From NCBI GenBank assembly GCA_044232585.1, contig JBIILS010000001.1, forward strand, positions 6,880-70,879: a stretch of DNA of 64,000 nt, in the 5' to 3' direction. The notes below the pieces were generated by a model. It saw only the letters and a list, made by a program, of their open reading frames with translations, was not told where the DNA came from and ran no database searches. This DNA comes from Ilumatobacteraceae bacterium. Lineage in GTDB: Bacteria > Actinomycetota > Acidimicrobiia > Acidimicrobiales > Ilumatobacteraceae. Position 1 is the stretch's first letter. The number at the start of each line of letters is the position of its first letter. The position numbers were made by a program, and so were the translations under genes. This document shows, one piece after another, positions 8,739 through 20,730 of this stretch.

Positions 8739-9305
8739 CTACTTCAATCCGATATGGCGGGTCTCTCCTTCAGAGGTGCCCCCATCAGCAATACGTTTGT
8801 ATTCAGTCAGCGCTTCTTCACGTTGATCTGGAGTCATACGTTCGAACATCAGGACCCCATTCAAGTGGTCAAGTTCGTGTTGGAATAAGCGAGCCAATAA
8901 TTCGTCGGCCTCGATCTGGATTGTGTTTCCACCAAGGTCAACTGCTTCAAGCAACACTTCTTTCGGACGAAGCATTTCCACATACAGTCCGGGAATTGAC
9001 AAACACCCCTCGTCGTACACCCACTCGCCTCGTGATTCGACTATGCGAGGGTTCAACAAAGTCACAGGTTCACCGTCGACGTCGTACACAAAAATCTGTT
9101 TCTGCACTCCAATTTGAGGAGCTGCTAATCCGAGACCTGGTGCTTGGTACATAGCTTGAAGCATTGCCTGAGACAGGCGCACGATCTTGCCGTCGATATT
9201 CTCGACTTGCTCAGCTACTGAAGTGAGAACTGGATCTCCGAAGGTGCGAATGTCATAGGCCACAATCTGAAAGGCTACCTGCGGAGACAACATGCCAAAG
9301 AACAC
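8739..9305 (-). CDS. def: peptide deformylase
   Basis: 188 aa. GLGLAAPQIG, EGCLSIPG and HELDHLNG motifs. An alternative start is the ATG at 9293. Confidence 0.95.
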   Translation of the reverse strand: MFFGMLSPQVAFQIVAYDIRTFGDPVLTSVAEQVENIDGKIVRLSQAMLQAMYQAPGLGLAAPQIGVQKQIFVYDVDGEPVTLLNPRIVESRGEWVYDEGCLSIPGLYVEMLRPKEVLLEAVDLGGNTIQIEADELLARLFQHELDHLNGVLMFERMTPDQREEALTEYKRIADGGTSEGETRHIGLK

Positions 9306-9933
9306 CCCCTCATCATCAGACCCTCAGCACTATTTTTCGGAATCACCACAAGCCGAGTCACGTCGCAAAGAGTTTGCTGTTTCTGGCGCTGATGGCGAGT
9401 TAACGCTTTCTACGGACGCGGGTATCTTTAGCCAACACGGCCTCGACAAAGGCACATCAGTCTTTCTGGAAGTAATGGCCAAACATGATTGCGCACCGAT
9501 TGCGCCCGGATCATTTCTCTGTGACATCGGCTGTGGCTCTGGCGCCATAGCGCTCACTCTCGCAGTCCGCTACCCAGCGTGCACGATCTACGCAGTAGAC
9601 ACAAACAAACGTGCTCGGGACATTTGTTTGGAGAATGCCACGCGCAATGGGCTCACAAACATTGAGGTGAAAGCCCCTGAAGAAGTGGACCCATCAATTG
9701 TGTTTGCATCTATGTGGTCAAATCCTCCGATTCGTATCGGCAAATCTGCATTGCACGATTTACTGGAACTGTGGCTTGCGCGACTAGACACTGATGGAAC
9801 CGCCTACCTAGTCGTCAACAAGAACCTGGGAGCAGATTCTTTATCGCAATGGATGACCGCACTGAGTTACCCCACTACTCGAATTGCGAGTCGCAATGGG
9901 TTTCGCGTTCTTGAGGTTAAAACCACACGCTAA
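9292..9933 (+). CDS. class I SAM-dependent methyltransferase (RsmC/RlmG-like small-domain type)
   Basis: 213 aa. SAM motif FLCDIGCGSGAIAL and an NPPIRIG (NPPxH-like) motif. Confidence 0.75.
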   Translation: MPKNTPSSSDPQHYFSESPQAESRRKEFAVSGADGELTLSTDAGIFSQHGLDKGTSVFLEVMAKHDCAPIAPGSFLCDIGCGSGAIALTLAVRYPACTIYAVDTNKRARDICLENATRNGLTNIEVKAPEEVDPSIVFASMWSNPPIRIGKSALHDLLELWLARLDTDGTAYLVVNKNLGADSLSQWMTALSYPTTRIASRNGFRVLEVKTTR

Positions 9934-11687
9934 AAGCGATACGGATCTATGTGGATACGTACAGCAGTGCCAAATTCTTCTCGAAGCAATGCAACCGCAG
10001 CATCAAGTTCAACGCGAGATGATGCACGAAGCAGAAAAGCGTCATCATCCCGAGCCATGTTCACTCCAGCCGGCAAAGTGACTTCGGTAATTGACCGAGG
10101 GGCTTTCACCGAGACACGAGCAATGGCCCCAAATGGCGGCAACGTCATTGCCCGACGTTGTTCGGAATCATCGTCACTCCATTTTTTCAAGGCAAAAGAC
10201 ACGTTTGAGTGAGACAGTGCCACGATTAAGGGGTTATCAACTTGCCGCGTCTGAATCACAAGAGTTCCCTTGGCTCCCACCATCCGTGCTGCTTTGGCAA
10301 TCATTGACAGCACTTCATGAGCACCTGTCATTCGAGGAGCTCCGAGATCGCGATCAATATCAGCGAACACCACAGTGTCTGCTGAAGGGATGCGGTGCAG
10401 AACTGCTTCGGTACCGATGAAGACAGTCCCCTTGCTCCAGTCATCGGGCGTGTCAGATGAAATCTCAATCACTGGGTTACGAGTCGAAGCCTGAATCTGA
10501 GACACCAATTGAGACACACCCCCGCGCGGCACGGTGAACGCTGCACGACCACACGCCAAACAAACACCTCCATGGGATTCTTGGCAGCGCACGCACCACA
10601 GATTATTCGCATCGTCGTACGTCAATAACGAACTACATGAAGGGCATACCTGTACGTGACGACATGACTTGCAGACAATAAGCCGTGCTTTCCCTTTCGT
10701 GTTCAAAACACACACAGTTGTTTCACCAGAAATACCTACGGATGCCAACAACTCACTAGAGAGCAATGACTGTGCAACGGGAACATCTGAAAGATTCACA
10801 ACAACGATCCGGGGCCAACCGTTTTCTGCCTGCATATGCACTGTGTGCTCACTGTTGATATGTAGCGACTCGGCTGATGGCACAGCTGAAGTACAAACGA
10901 GGGGAATACCAGCCTGACGTGCACGCTCACTCGCCACAGCAGTCGCATCCCATGCAGGCGATCGTTCTTCTTTCAACAGTTCATCATGTTCATCGATGAC
11001 GACTATCGCAGTTAGTTCAGGACATGGCGCAAAAACTGCTGACCGTGTTCCGATGACAACATCGACGCCACCGCGAGCAGCATCCCATTCGTCTGGAACC
11101 AACGCAGTGCTCAACCCCTTACGGCGAAGAAATGCCGCCCCCATTGACGCCATCTTTTGGGACGGACAAATAACAAGCACAGGACCAACACTTGCAAGCC
11201 GCAGCACTACCGCAAGTGCGGACAGTGCTGGCGGGACAACAAGCAACCCACCACCTGATTGAAATAGTTCGAACGCAGCAACGGACACCGCGTCTGTGCC
11301 GATCTCCTGCGAGCGATTACGACGGGAATGAACTACTCGCTCTCGCATACGGGGAGCCGATGCGCTTGACAGCACCGAACGCCATGACCCCCACCATCGC
11401 GCTGAAATCCATTTCGTTAATGGAATCAATTCAGGCGCAACGCCCATTCCCGACACAGACACAATCGGCATGAGCCGATCGAGAGGCACACCAGAATCAT
11501 CGCCTTCGCCGTAACGAGAGACAGAAGTAATCCAGCCGCCTACACGACGACCATTAAGCATGATGCGAATACGCGCACCAACAACTGCTCGATTCTCGAG
11601 ATCAGTGGGTATGAGGTAATCAAAGACCTTGTCGATACCCGATACGTCCGGAACTACCGACGCAACGAGTGGCGACTGATTGCTCAG
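9930..11687 (-). CDS. priA: primosomal protein N' (PriA) homolog. Start placed at CTG 11687; the track ATG 11561 truncates the conserved N-terminus.
   Basis: 543-aa track ORF with DEHD (motif II-like) and the Cys-rich zinc region [42 protein letters not shown]. The in-frame upstream sequence [42 protein letters not shown] is the PriA 3'-DNA-binding N-terminus. Confidence 0.85.
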   Translation of the reverse strand: MSNQSPLVASVVPDVSGIDKVFDYLIPTDLENRAVVGARIRIMLNGRRVGGWITSVSRYGEGDDSGVPLDRLMPIVSVSGMGVAPELIPLTKWISARWWGSWRSVLSSASAPRMRERVVHSRRNRSQEIGTDAVSVAAFELFQSGGGLLVVPPALSALAVVLRLASVGPVLVICPSQKMASMGAAFLRRKGLSTALVPDEWDAARGGVDVVIGTRSAVFAPCPELTAIVVIDEHDELLKEERSPAWDATAVASERARQAGIPLVCTSAVPSAESLHINSEHTVHMQAENGWPRIVVVNLSDVPVAQSLLSSELLASVGISGETTVCVLNTKGKARLIVCKSCRHVQVCPSCSSLLTYDDANNLWCVRCQESHGGVCLACGRAAFTVPRGGVSQLVSQIQASTRNPVIEISSDTPDDWSKGTVFIGTEAVLHRIPSADTVVFADIDRDLGAPRMTGAHEVLSMIAKAARMVGAKGTLVIQTRQVDNPLIVALSHSNVSFALKKWSDDDSEQRRAMTLPPFGAIARVSVKAPRSITEVTLPAGVNMARDDDAFLLRASSRVELDAAVALLREEFGTAVRIHIDPYRF

Positions 11688-12877
11688 AGTTTGACAGCGG
11701 CCTTGAAATCAGTCAGACGTGACAAGGCTTCCCAAGTGAATTCTGGCTCTGGACGCCCGAAGTGACCATACGCTGCGGTCTTTGCGTAGATAGGGCGCTT
11801 CAAGTCAAGGTCACGCACGATTGCGCCTGGACGAAGGTCGAATACGTCGCGAACTGCTTTTTCGATTGACTCTTCGCTAACAGTGTTAGTACCAAAAGTT
11901 TCAACCAAGATGCTGATTGGTTGTGACATACCAATGGCGTACGCCACTTGCACTTCGCACTTTTCAGCAGCGCCACTGGCAACAACATGCTTTGCAACCC
12001 AACGAGCCGCATATGCAGCTGAGCGGTCAACCTTTGAAGGATCTTTACCGGAGAATGCTCCACCACCATGACGACCCATACCACCGTATGTATCAACAAT
12101 GATTTTGCGACCTGTGAGACCGGTATCTGCATGTGGCCCACCAAGAACAAACTTGCCTGTTGGGTTGATGTAAATCGCAGGATTATCATCTGCAAACGCG
12201 GCAGGAATGATCGGCATGATCACTTGCTCGATCAGGTCTGGGCGAATTTCAGTTTCACGACTCACGCCATCACGGTGTTGTGTCGAGATAAGAACTGTCG
12301 ACAACTTCACTGGGCGGCCGTCAACATATTCAAACGTGACTTGGGTCTTGCCGTCTGGACGAAGGTACGGAATAAGTCCGCTCTTACGCACTTCTGTAAG
12401 ACGCTCTGCGAGGCGATGTGCCAACCAGATGGGAAGCGGCATGAGGTCAGGAGTGTCGTTGCAGGCGTACCCGAACATCATTCCTTGGTCACCAGCACCC
12501 TGGCCATTGATGATGTCTTCGCCGCTCTTACCACTGCGCTGTTCTTCACTGATGTCAACGCCTTGCGCGATGTCAGGACTCTGTGCATCGAGAGCAACAA
12601 CAACACCACAGGTGTTTCCATCGAAACCGTATGCTGCGTCGTCATAACCGATGCGCTTGATTGCGGCACGAGCGATAGCCGGAATATCAACGTAGGCGTC
12701 TGTTGTGATCTCACCAGATACAACACAGAGACCGGTGGTCAACAATGTCTCGCACGCAACGCGACTGTGAGGATCAATAGTTAACAACGCATCAAGAACT
12801 GAGTCAGAGACCTGGTCTGCCATCTTGTCCGGGTGACCCTCGGTCACGCTCTCAGACGTAAAAGTGAAATTTCTCAA
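11684..12877 (-). CDS. metK: S-adenosylmethionine synthase
   Basis: 397 aa. [48 protein letters not shown]. Confidence 0.98.
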   Translation of the reverse strand: MRNFTFTSESVTEGHPDKMADQVSDSVLDALLTIDPHSRVACETLLTTGLCVVSGEITTDAYVDIPAIARAAIKRIGYDDAAYGFDGNTCGVVVALDAQSPDIAQGVDISEEQRSGKSGEDIINGQGAGDQGMMFGYACNDTPDLMPLPIWLAHRLAERLTEVRKSGLIPYLRPDGKTQVTFEYVDGRPVKLSTVLISTQHRDGVSRETEIRPDLIEQVIMPIIPAAFADDNPAIYINPTGKFVLGGPHADTGLTGRKIIVDTYGGMGRHGGGAFSGKDPSKVDRSAAYAARWVAKHVVASGAAEKCEVQVAYAIGMSQPISILVETFGTNTVSEESIEKAVRDVFDLRPGAIVRDLDLKRPIYAKTAAYGHFGRPEPEFTWEALSRLTDFKAAVKL

Positions 12878-12890
12878 AGGGACTCCTTCA

Positions 12891-14105
12891 TCATTGCGGA
12901 CGATGAGCCATCCGCACCCGAGACACGCTATCTAATACAGCGGTCGCGATGGTGTGTTTGTCAGCAAGGGGCACTTCAAGGGCCTCCCCTGACGCAAGCA
13001 AAATGGTGACTTCATTCGTGTCGTGACCGAATCCGACCAGATCAGCAGACACATCATTGGCCACAATGAGGTCCAAATTCTTGCGTTTCAACTTGCCCCG
13101 AGCGTTATCCACAAGGTCGCTGGTCTCAGCTGCAAACCCCACAAGAATCTGTCCAGCAGGCTTATTGGCTCCGAGGAACCCGAGAATATCCACTGTCGGT
13201 TCAAGAAGAATCTGAGGAACACCTTCGTCCTTCTTGATCTTTCCGGCAACAGCCGTAACAGGACGAAAGTCAGCAACGGCTGCGGTCATGACTACTACGT
13301 CGCTAGATGGCGCATGACAAGAAACGGCATCCAACATTTGTTGAGCGGTCTCAACTGGCACGACGGTTATCCCAGCAAGAGTCTGACGATCAACTGTGCT
13401 CACGATGGTGACAGTTGCGCCACGCTTGTGAGCTTGTTCGGCAATTGCGTAGCCCTGTTTCCCACTGGACCGATTTGCAATCACCCGTACAGCATCGATC
13501 GGTTCACGAGTTCCACCTGCAGTTACCAGTACCGATGTCCCTGCCAAATCTTTTGCTGAACCATTGAGAGCAGTCGTTACGGCATCGACAATGGTTGCCG
13601 TATCGGCCAAGCGACCCGTACCGATATCGCCGCCCGCTAGTCGACCAGATTGTGGCTCCACGATGACGACGCCGCGGGAACGCAACAGCGCAATGTTGTC
13701 TTGTACTGCGGGGTGTTCCCACATTTCAGTATGCATTGCAGGACACAGCACAACAGGCGCCCGTGTAGCAATCAATGTTGCACTAAGAAGATCGTGAGAT
13801 AAACCCATTGCATATGCAGCGATCACACGTGCGGTAGCGGGAGCAACGACAATGGCATCAGCATTCTGGCCTAACCGCGTGTGCGGAATAGGCGAAGCAT
13901 CGTCCCACAAACTTGTGTGCACTGGTTCAGATGCAAGCGCAGACACTGTGACAGGTCCAATGAACCGATGAGCGTCTTCGGTCATGATTGGTGCAACGTG
14001 CGCACCGGCATCAACTAACTGTCGACACAGTTCAACTGCCTTGTACGCAGCAATGCCACCAGAGATTCCAAGGACAATAGAACGACCGTGTAGAGAATTC
14101 ATCAC
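12891..14105 (-). CDS. coaBC: bifunctional phosphopantothenoylcysteine decarboxylase / phosphopantothenate--cysteine ligase
   Basis: 404 aa. N-terminal flavoprotein domain ([11 protein letters not shown]) plus a C-terminal CoaB domain. Confidence 0.95.
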   Translation of the reverse strand: MMNSLHGRSIVLGISGGIAAYKAVELCRQLVDAGAHVAPIMTEDAHRFIGPVTVSALASEPVHTSLWDDASPIPHTRLGQNADAIVVAPATARVIAAYAMGLSHDLLSATLIATRAPVVLCPAMHTEMWEHPAVQDNIALLRSRGVVIVEPQSGRLAGGDIGTGRLADTATIVDAVTTALNGSAKDLAGTSVLVTAGGTREPIDAVRVIANRSSGKQGYAIAEQAHKRGATVTIVSTVDRQTLAGITVVPVETAQQMLDAVSCHAPSSDVVVMTAAVADFRPVTAVAGKIKKDEGVPQILLEPTVDILGFLGANKPAGQILVGFAAETSDLVDNARGKLKRKNLDLIVANDVSADLVGFGHDTNEVTILLASGEALEVPLADKHTIATAVLDSVSRVRMAHRPQ

Positions 14106-14143
14106 GACTTTCGGGGGGTGTAGAGCGGGATGATCCCGAAAAA

Positions 14144-14482
14144 CTATTCAGCGTCTGATTCAGCAGCGTCAGCGACAACGTCGCCTTCGACTTCACCAAA
14201 AATGGCAGCTGCTTCAGCTTCCATTTCGTCGTATGGCAAACGCTCTACTTTGACAATCTTGTCAGCGGCAATTTCTTCGAATGCAATAGAGAGAGGCTTA
14301 CGAGCAACTGAGGAGACCTGAGGCGGAACCATGTGACCAAGACCTTCACCCAACTGGTTGAAGTACGAGTTGATCTGACGCGCACGGTATGAAGCAAGCG
14401 TGACGAGGCTGAATTTAGAGTCAACGCGATCAAGCAAACCTTCAATGTTTGGATGAATCATGGAGTCGTTTTGACGGGACAT
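14144..14482 (-). CDS. rpoZ: DNA-directed RNA polymerase subunit omega
   Basis: 112 aa. IEGLLDRVDSKFSLVTLASYRARQIN, with an acidic tail. Confidence 0.9.
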   Translation of the reverse strand: MSRQNDSMIHPNIEGLLDRVDSKFSLVTLASYRARQINSYFNQLGEGLGHMVPPQVSSVARKPLSIAFEEIAADKIVKVERLPYDEMEAEAAAIFGEVEGDVVADAAESDAE

Positions 14483-14508
14483 GGTGGACCTCCGAAGTCG
14501 GCTAAAGG

Positions 14509-15063
14509 TTATCGGCGTTCGGCCCGTGCCGCACCGATAATCCCCTGTATCTCTGCGACTGCACGCTCAAAATCGTCATTTATGACCACCTCGTCAGCCA
14601 GCACTGCCCCCTCGCGCTCTTCATCGTCTGCTTTACGCAGACGCTCAACCACATGATGTTCCGGATCTCCGCGGCCCTGCAGGCGACGCTGTTGTTCCTC
14701 GCGAGACGGTGGACGCACAAATACAAGAATCGCTTCAGGATGGCTTTGCTTCACTTGTTGCGCTCCATGCAATTCAATTTCAAGAACGATGTCTAACCCA
14801 GAGTCAACAGAAGGTCGTGGAGAGCCATACAGATTTCCTAAAAACTCTGTCCACTCAAGAAATCCGTTCTCTGTGATGTGTTGTTCGAACTCAGCTCGTT
14901 TTACAAAAACATACGCGTCGTCAGATTCACCTTCGCGTTGAGCTCGAGTAGTCCACGACCGACTCAACCACAATGTGGCATCACGTTGAATCAACGCTTC
15001 AACAATGGTCCCTTTCCCGGCACCGCCAGGACCAGAAACAATGACAATGATTGGATCATTCAT
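14509..15063 (-). CDS. gmk: guanylate kinase
   Basis: 184 aa. P-loop SGPGGAGKGT and SRSWTTR. Confidence 0.95.
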   Translation of the reverse strand: MNDPIIVIVSGPGGAGKGTIVEALIQRDATLWLSRSWTTRAQREGESDDAYVFVKRAEFEQHITENGFLEWTEFLGNLYGSPRPSVDSGLDIVLEIELHGAQQVKQSHPEAILVFVRPPSREEQQRRLQGRGDPEHHVVERLRKADDEEREGAVLADEVVINDDFERAVAEIQGIIGAARAERR

Positions 15064-15377
15064 CGCGGATTCTCCACCACACCAATGAGAGCCATGCGCT
15101 GAGAATCCGTGAGATCTCGCACACGCGAAAGTGGTTCGATACCAAGTTCAGCCATGAGTCGGCGCCCCGCAACTTTGCCAAGCCGTGGCGATACATCAAG
15201 AAGTTTCACAACATAGACCTGAGCCTCATAAGAATCAGATGAGGCATTCAACACTGACGCCACGTTGCCCTTAGAGGATTCAAGCACCGCCGCAACACGA
15301 GAAGCGCGCAATTGCGCAACCACTTCCATGTCCGTATACGTGCTTTCCATAACCCAATGATAGTTCCGAGGAGCCAC
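15060..15377 (-). CDS. mihF: integration host factor, actinobacterial type (MihF-like)
   Basis: 105 aa. KLLDVSPRLGKVAGRRLMAELGI. ATGA overlap with gmk, and the position matches other Actinomycetota. Confidence 0.78.
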   Translation of the reverse strand: MAPRNYHWVMESTYTDMEVVAQLRASRVAAVLESSKGNVASVLNASSDSYEAQVYVVKLLDVSPRLGKVAGRRLMAELGIEPLSRVRDLTDSQRMALIGVVENPR

Positions 15378-15398
15378 TTGTGACTCTCTTATGCGAAA

Positions 15399-16349
15399 TC
15401 AGACTTCGTGTACAGCATTGACAATGGACGACCACGAAGATGCGCCGAGCGCATGCGCACGAGTGGCAGCTGAACAAGCAATTCGCCATGTCGCGTTCGG
15501 TCGAGCGAATGACGCCGTGCCAACCTGCACTGCATTTGCACCCGCCATCATCATTTCGATCGCATCATCACCTGTTGCAATTCCACCTACTCCCACGATG
15601 GCAATGCTTGGAAGCGCTACGCGGACATCGTGAACAGCACGTACTGCAATGGGGTGTACTGCGGGGCCAGATAATCCCCCACCACCATTTCCGAGGCTCC
15701 GGCGAGATGTGCGAACATCAATCTGCATACCAAGCATGGTATTCATCACAGTGACAGCAGTAGCACCAGCATCAGACACTGTTGTTGCGACTTCAACGAT
15801 TCGATCTGTGTTTGCGCTCAACTTGGCCCATACAGGCACATGTGACCGAGCACACACGGCTGAAACTATTTGCCCAGCCAGAGACGGGTCATGCGCGATG
15901 ATTCCGCTTCGTCCCTCAAGGTTCGGACAAGACAAGTTCACTTCAATGGCACTGATTCGATTGCCAGCAGCAACTAATTGTTCGGCCGCCAAAACATACT
16001 CGTGAACAGTGCGACCCCAGATACTGGCAACAACAACTGCGCCTTCCGATTCAAGTTTTGGAAGAGACTCATGAATCCACGACACGACGCCCGGACCTTG
16101 CAACCCGACTGCGTTCATCATTCCGCTCGCTGCAACATTCACACGGGGTGACGGGTTGCCGGGCCATGGTTCATGAAACAAACTCTTTACAACTACTGCG
16201 CCAAGACGACGTAGTGGCATGTATCCGGAAAGCTCGACATCATTTCCACTCGTGCCAGATGCGGTCATGAATGGATTAGCGAGAAGTACTCCCCCAACAT
16301 TCACGCCACCCAAGGCATCGAGATAACGCGCACCGCGCCGCATTGTCAT
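15399..16349 (-). CDS. pyrD: dihydroorotate dehydrogenase, class 1 (1B-like catalytic subunit)
   Basis: 316 aa. [23 protein letters not shown], active-site NLSCPN (Cys), [18 protein letters not shown]. Confidence 0.9.
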   Translation of the reverse strand: MTMRRGARYLDALGGVNVGGVLLANPFMTASGTSGNDVELSGYMPLRRLGAVVVKSLFHEPWPGNPSPRVNVAASGMMNAVGLQGPGVVSWIHESLPKLESEGAVVVASIWGRTVHEYVLAAEQLVAAGNRISAIEVNLSCPNLEGRSGIIAHDPSLAGQIVSAVCARSHVPVWAKLSANTDRIVEVATTVSDAGATAVTVMNTMLGMQIDVRTSRRSLGNGGGGLSGPAVHPIAVRAVHDVRVALPSIAIVGVGGIATGDDAIEMMMAGANAVQVGTASFARPNATWRIACSAATRAHALGASSWSSIVNAVHEV

Positions 16350-19300
16350 GCCCTGCCGTGATATTCCTGCAGTGATCTCACTTCGACCTCACTTGAACGT
16401 TGCTCCCACAAACCATTAACAGCAGCCAAGGCAGCTTCAACAGTTGTTACTGACGATACGCCATTTGCATTTGCTGCTTTTCGAATTGCCTCGCCATCTT
16501 GACGCGAGCCACGACCATGAGGGGTATTGACTACAAAACTGATCTCACCATTGGCCACCAACGCTGCGGCGTTCTCAAGAGAAGACCCTTCAATCTCAGA
16601 CAGCTTGCCGACGATGCGATCAACGGGTAATCCGAACTTGGCCAAGTAGTTCGCAGTGCCAGTTGTAGCTGCCACACCAAGTCCCAGGTCTCGCAATCGC
16701 TTTGCAACAACAATTCCCGCTGGCTTGTCACCATCATTGAACGACAAGAACACGGTGCCTGAAGTGGGCAGCACGGTTCCGGCAGCAGTCTGTGACTTAA
16801 CAAAGGCACGACCAAATGTTCTATCGATGCCCATCACTTCACCCGTTGAGCGCATTTCTGGCCCGAGAGCAGTGTCAACTTCAGGGAAACGATTAAACGG
16901 CAGGACTGCTTCTTTCACTGATACGTGACCACCAGTTACCGGGGGAACCAGTAGCCCTTCAGTACGCAGTTCAGCAAGCGTTGCACCCAACATGACTCGA
17001 CTAGCAACTTTGACCAATGGCACACCTGTTGCCTTCGCAACAAACGGAACCGTACGAGATGCTCGCGGGTTAGCTTCGATTACGAAGACAGTTGTTCCGA
17101 GAACTGCGAACTGCACATTGATTAGCCCACGTACATCCAACGAGTTAGCAATAGCAGTTGTGTACGCACTGATTACTTCAACCACCCAAGCAGGGAGCGT
17201 TTGAGGCGGAATCGCACATGCAGAGTCACCAGAGTGAACGCCTGCTTCTTCCACGTGTTCCATAACGCCACCAATGAGAACTTCACCAGTGTGGTCACGG
17301 ATCGCATCAACATCCACTTCTGTTGCGTCTTCCAAGAAATGGTCGATCAGAACTGGACGCTCGGCAGAAAGTCCACCTTCTTTTCCGAGACTTCCATCTC
17401 GTGCCATTTGGTCCATCGCGCTTTCCAACGCCTGAGCATCGTGAACAATCTGCATTGCGCGCCCACCGAGCACATAGCTTGGACGAACCAATACCGGGTA
17501 CCCCACTCGTTGCGCGATAACACTTGCTTCTGCAAAAGTGACTGCCGTTCCGCCCGGAGGCTGAGGAATTGACAATGAATCACACAACTGATTCCACTTC
17601 TCGCGGTCTTCTGCCAGGTCGATTGAGTGAGGAGAAGTTCCGGCAATGAGCGCTGGGTCAATGAGCCCAGACAATTTCAAAGGTGTTTGCCCACCAAGCC
17701 CAACAATCACCTTCGGAGCAACGCCACCAGACGCAAGAGTTTCGGCTGCAATCACATTCAACACGTCTTCACGAGTCAGTGGTTCAAAGTACAGACGATC
17801 AGACGTGTCGTAATCGGTTGAAACAGTTTCTGGGTTGCAGTTCACCATGACGGTTTCGAACCCAGCTGCACGCAAGGCGAAACTTGCATGAACACAGCAG
17901 TAATCGAATTCAATTCCTTGACCAATACGGTTTGGCCCTGAGCCGAGAATGATTACCCGAGGCTTGCTGGATGGACGTACTTCGTTTTCATCTTCATATG
18001 ACGAGTAGTGATACGGGGTCTGCGCATCAAACTCTGCACTGCAAGTGTCAACGGTCTTGTACGTCGGGATGATTCCGAGAGATTCGCGATATGAACGAAC
18101 TGCCATTTCATCATCTTTCAGAACGTATGCAAGTTGACCGTCAGAGAATCCGAGACGCTTCGCACGGCGCAATTCATGACGACTCAACTGAGTCAGTGAC
18201 TTACCTTCCAAAGAATGACGCTCGTCAATGATGATTTGCATCTGATCGAGGAACCACACATCAATTTTGGTTGCATCGTGAACACGATCAACGCCCATGC
18301 CTCGGTTAAGCGCCTCGCCGACTTGAAAGATTCTCTCAGGCGTAGCGATGGCCGCTTTCTTGAGAAGATCCTCATCGCTGAGACTGTCGTATAGCGATTC
18401 TCCAGCATCGCAGTTCAGGCCAAGCCTGCCCTGTTCAAGTGATCGAAGACCCTTCTGCAAACTTTCAGGGAAAGTACGACCAATGGACATAACTTCACCA
18501 ACACTCTGCATTTGTGTTCCAAGAACACCTGAGGTGCCAGGAAGTTTCTCAAATGCCCAGCGAGGAATTTTTGTCACCACATAGTCGATGGTCGGTTCAA
18601 AACTTGCTGGTGTCATCTTTGTGATGTCATTTGGAATCTCGTCAAGCGTGTAGCCAACTGCGAGTTTGGCTGCAATCTTTGCGATCGGAAATCCTGTGGC
18701 CTTCGATGCCAAAGCTGACGAACGAGACACGCGTGGGTTCATTTCAATAACAACCAAATCACCGTTGGCAGGATTCAAAGCGAATTGAACGTTGGAACCG
18801 CCAGTTTCCACGCCGACGCGTCGAATACAAGCGAATGCAGCATCACGCATCTCCTGGTATTCCACATCAGACAAAGTCTGTGCCGGAGCGACAGTGATTG
18901 AGTCACCGGTGTGAACACCCATTGGGTCGAAGTTTTCAATACTGCAGATGATGACGCAGTTATCTGCATGATCACGCATCACTTCAAGTTCGTACTCCTT
19001 CCAACCAACGATTGAGGTCTCAACAAGAATTTCTCTAATTGGACTTGCATCAAGTCCATTCGATGCAAGCTTTAGGAACTCTTCCATTGTGTTTGCAATT
19101 CCTGTACCGCGCCCACCAAGGATGTACGCAGGACGAATGATTACGGGAAGCCCAATCTCTTTCAAGACCTCTGTTGCTTCGTCCATGTTGTGAGCGATGC
19201 CGCTATGAGGAACCTTGAGCCCAATCTCAATCATCGCTTGCTTGAACTTGTCACGATCTTCGGCCGTTGCAATTGCTTCTGCATTTGCACCAATCAGCTC

Positions 19301-19642
19301 TGGAGTACCAGGAACACCGACAAGTCCTTTTTCGAAAAGTGCCATTGCGAGGTTCAGACCGGTCTGCCCACCAAGTGTTGGCAGCACAGCATCTGGTTTT
19401 TCGCGTTCAATGATTCGAGCCAAAATTTCTGGTGTCAATGGCTCAATGTAGGTACGGTCCGCGAAGTCTGGGTCCGTCATGATGGTTGCCGGGTTCGAGT
19501 TAGCCAGAATGACCCTGTATCCCTCTTCTTTCAGAACACGACATGCCTGAGTTCCTGAATAGTCAAACTCGCATGCTTGCCCAATCACAATTGGGCCAGA
19601 GCCGATTATAAGAATTGTGTGTAAATCGTTACGACGAGGCAT
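16346..19642 (-). CDS. carB: carbamoyl-phosphate synthase large subunit
   Basis: 1098 aa with duplicated ATP-grasp halves and an MGS-like C-terminus. Confidence 0.98.
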   Translation of the reverse strand: MPRRNDLHTILIIGSGPIVIGQACEFDYSGTQACRVLKEEGYRVILANSNPATIMTDPDFADRTYIEPLTPEILARIIEREKPDAVLPTLGGQTGLNLAMALFEKGLVGVPGTPELIGANAEAIATAEDRDKFKQAMIEIGLKVPHSGIAHNMDEATEVLKEIGLPVIIRPAYILGGRGTGIANTMEEFLKLASNGLDASPIREILVETSIVGWKEYELEVMRDHADNCVIICSIENFDPMGVHTGDSITVAPAQTLSDVEYQEMRDAAFACIRRVGVETGGSNVQFALNPANGDLVVIEMNPRVSRSSALASKATGFPIAKIAAKLAVGYTLDEIPNDITKMTPASFEPTIDYVVTKIPRWAFEKLPGTSGVLGTQMQSVGEVMSIGRTFPESLQKGLRSLEQGRLGLNCDAGESLYDSLSDEDLLKKAAIATPERIFQVGEALNRGMGVDRVHDATKIDVWFLDQMQIIIDERHSLEGKSLTQLSRHELRRAKRLGFSDGQLAYVLKDDEMAVRSYRESLGIIPTYKTVDTCSAEFDAQTPYHYSSYEDENEVRPSSKPRVIILGSGPNRIGQGIEFDYCCVHASFALRAAGFETVMVNCNPETVSTDYDTSDRLYFEPLTREDVLNVIAAETLASGGVAPKVIVGLGGQTPLKLSGLIDPALIAGTSPHSIDLAEDREKWNQLCDSLSIPQPPGGTAVTFAEASVIAQRVGYPVLVRPSYVLGGRAMQIVHDAQALESAMDQMARDGSLGKEGGLSAERPVLIDHFLEDATEVDVDAIRDHTGEVLIGGVMEHVEEAGVHSGDSACAIPPQTLPAWVVEVISAYTTAIANSLDVRGLINVQFAVLGTTVFVIEANPRASRTVPFVAKATGVPLVKVASRVMLGATLAELRTEGLLVPPVTGGHVSVKEAVLPFNRFPEVDTALGPEMRSTGEVMGIDRTFGRAFVKSQTAAGTVLPTSGTVFLSFNDGDKPAGIVVAKRLRDLGLGVAATTGTANYLAKFGLPVDRIVGKLSEIEGSSLENAAALVANGEISFVVNTPHGRGSRQDGEAIRKAANANGVSSVTTVEAALAAVNGLWEQRSSEVEVRSLQEYHGRA

Positions 19643-20730
19643 TATTTCTTCTCCATGAGTTCTGCAAATTGTCCGAATAGATAGTGGCTGTCATGAGGAC
19701 CGGGCCCCGCTTCAGGGTGATACTGCACACTGAATGCACGAAGATCGCGCAAGCGCATTCCCTCGTTTGTGTGGTCATTGAGGTTGATGTGCGTGATATC
19801 TGCAACTCCTGATAGCGAATCAGGGTCAACACAGAAGTTGTGGTTTTGACTTGTGATTTCCACTGACCCGGTTGCAATGTGTCGCACTGGGTGATTTGCA
19901 CCATGGTGACCAAACGGCAATTTGAAGGTGTGTCCTCCGAATGCGCGAGACAACAACTGATGCCCAAGACAAATTCCAAAGGTTGGTGTCCCAGCTTCGA
20001 CAATCGTGCGAATTGCTTCCGTAGCGCCCTTGACCATCTCAGGATCACCAGGACCGTTCGATAAAAACACCCCTGCTGGTGACAATGCCAACACCTCTTC
20101 AGCGCTCATGCTTGCAGGAACAACTGTCACCGTTGCGATTTCAGACAAGTGTCGAAGGATTGTGGTCTTGATACCGAAGTCGTATGCGACCACATTAAAT
20201 TTGCCATTACCCACTGTGTATGCCTGCGGGGTTGTTACCTCTGACACCAAGTCAATTCCTGAAGTTCCCTTTTCGTTCTTTGCCGCAGCAAGCAACTGGG
20301 CTTGGTCAGCTGTTCCGAATGCGCCACGCAATGATCCAGAGTCACGAAGCAGTCGCGTAAGACGGCGAGTATCCAGTCCTGCGACGCCTGGAAGCTTTTG
20401 CGCCTTCAACATTGCATCAAGGTCTGACTCACTGCGCCAATTACTGTGACGGCGCGCCATGTCGCGCATGATGACGCCACGAGCAAATGTTCCGCGTGAT
20501 TCTGAGTCAATAGGAGTGACGCCATAGTTGCCAATGTGCGAGGTAGTGAACGTGATTATCTGCCCTGCATACGACGGATCAGTGAACACTTCTTGATAGC
20601 CAGTGAGTGCGGTGTGGAATACAACCTCACCCGCTGCAATGCCGTTCTCTGGCATATACCCAATTGCTTCTCCTTCAAAGACAGAACCGTCTTCAAGCAC
20701 GAGTGCAATATTTGTAATGTCGGTACTCAC
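19642..20730 (-). CDS. carA: carbamoyl-phosphate synthase small subunit (glutaminase)
   Basis: 362 aa. GICLGHQLL catalytic Cys and HHGANHPV. Confidence 0.97.
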   Translation of the reverse strand: MSTDITNIALVLEDGSVFEGEAIGYMPENGIAAGEVVFHTALTGYQEVFTDPSYAGQIITFTTSHIGNYGVTPIDSESRGTFARGVIMRDMARRHSNWRSESDLDAMLKAQKLPGVAGLDTRRLTRLLRDSGSLRGAFGTADQAQLLAAAKNEKGTSGIDLVSEVTTPQAYTVGNGKFNVVAYDFGIKTTILRHLSEIATVTVVPASMSAEEVLALSPAGVFLSNGPGDPEMVKGATEAIRTIVEAGTPTFGICLGHQLLSRAFGGHTFKLPFGHHGANHPVRHIATGSVEITSQNHNFCVDPDSLSGVADITHINLNDHTNEGMRLRDLRAFSVQYHPEAGPGPHDSHYLFGQFAELMEKK

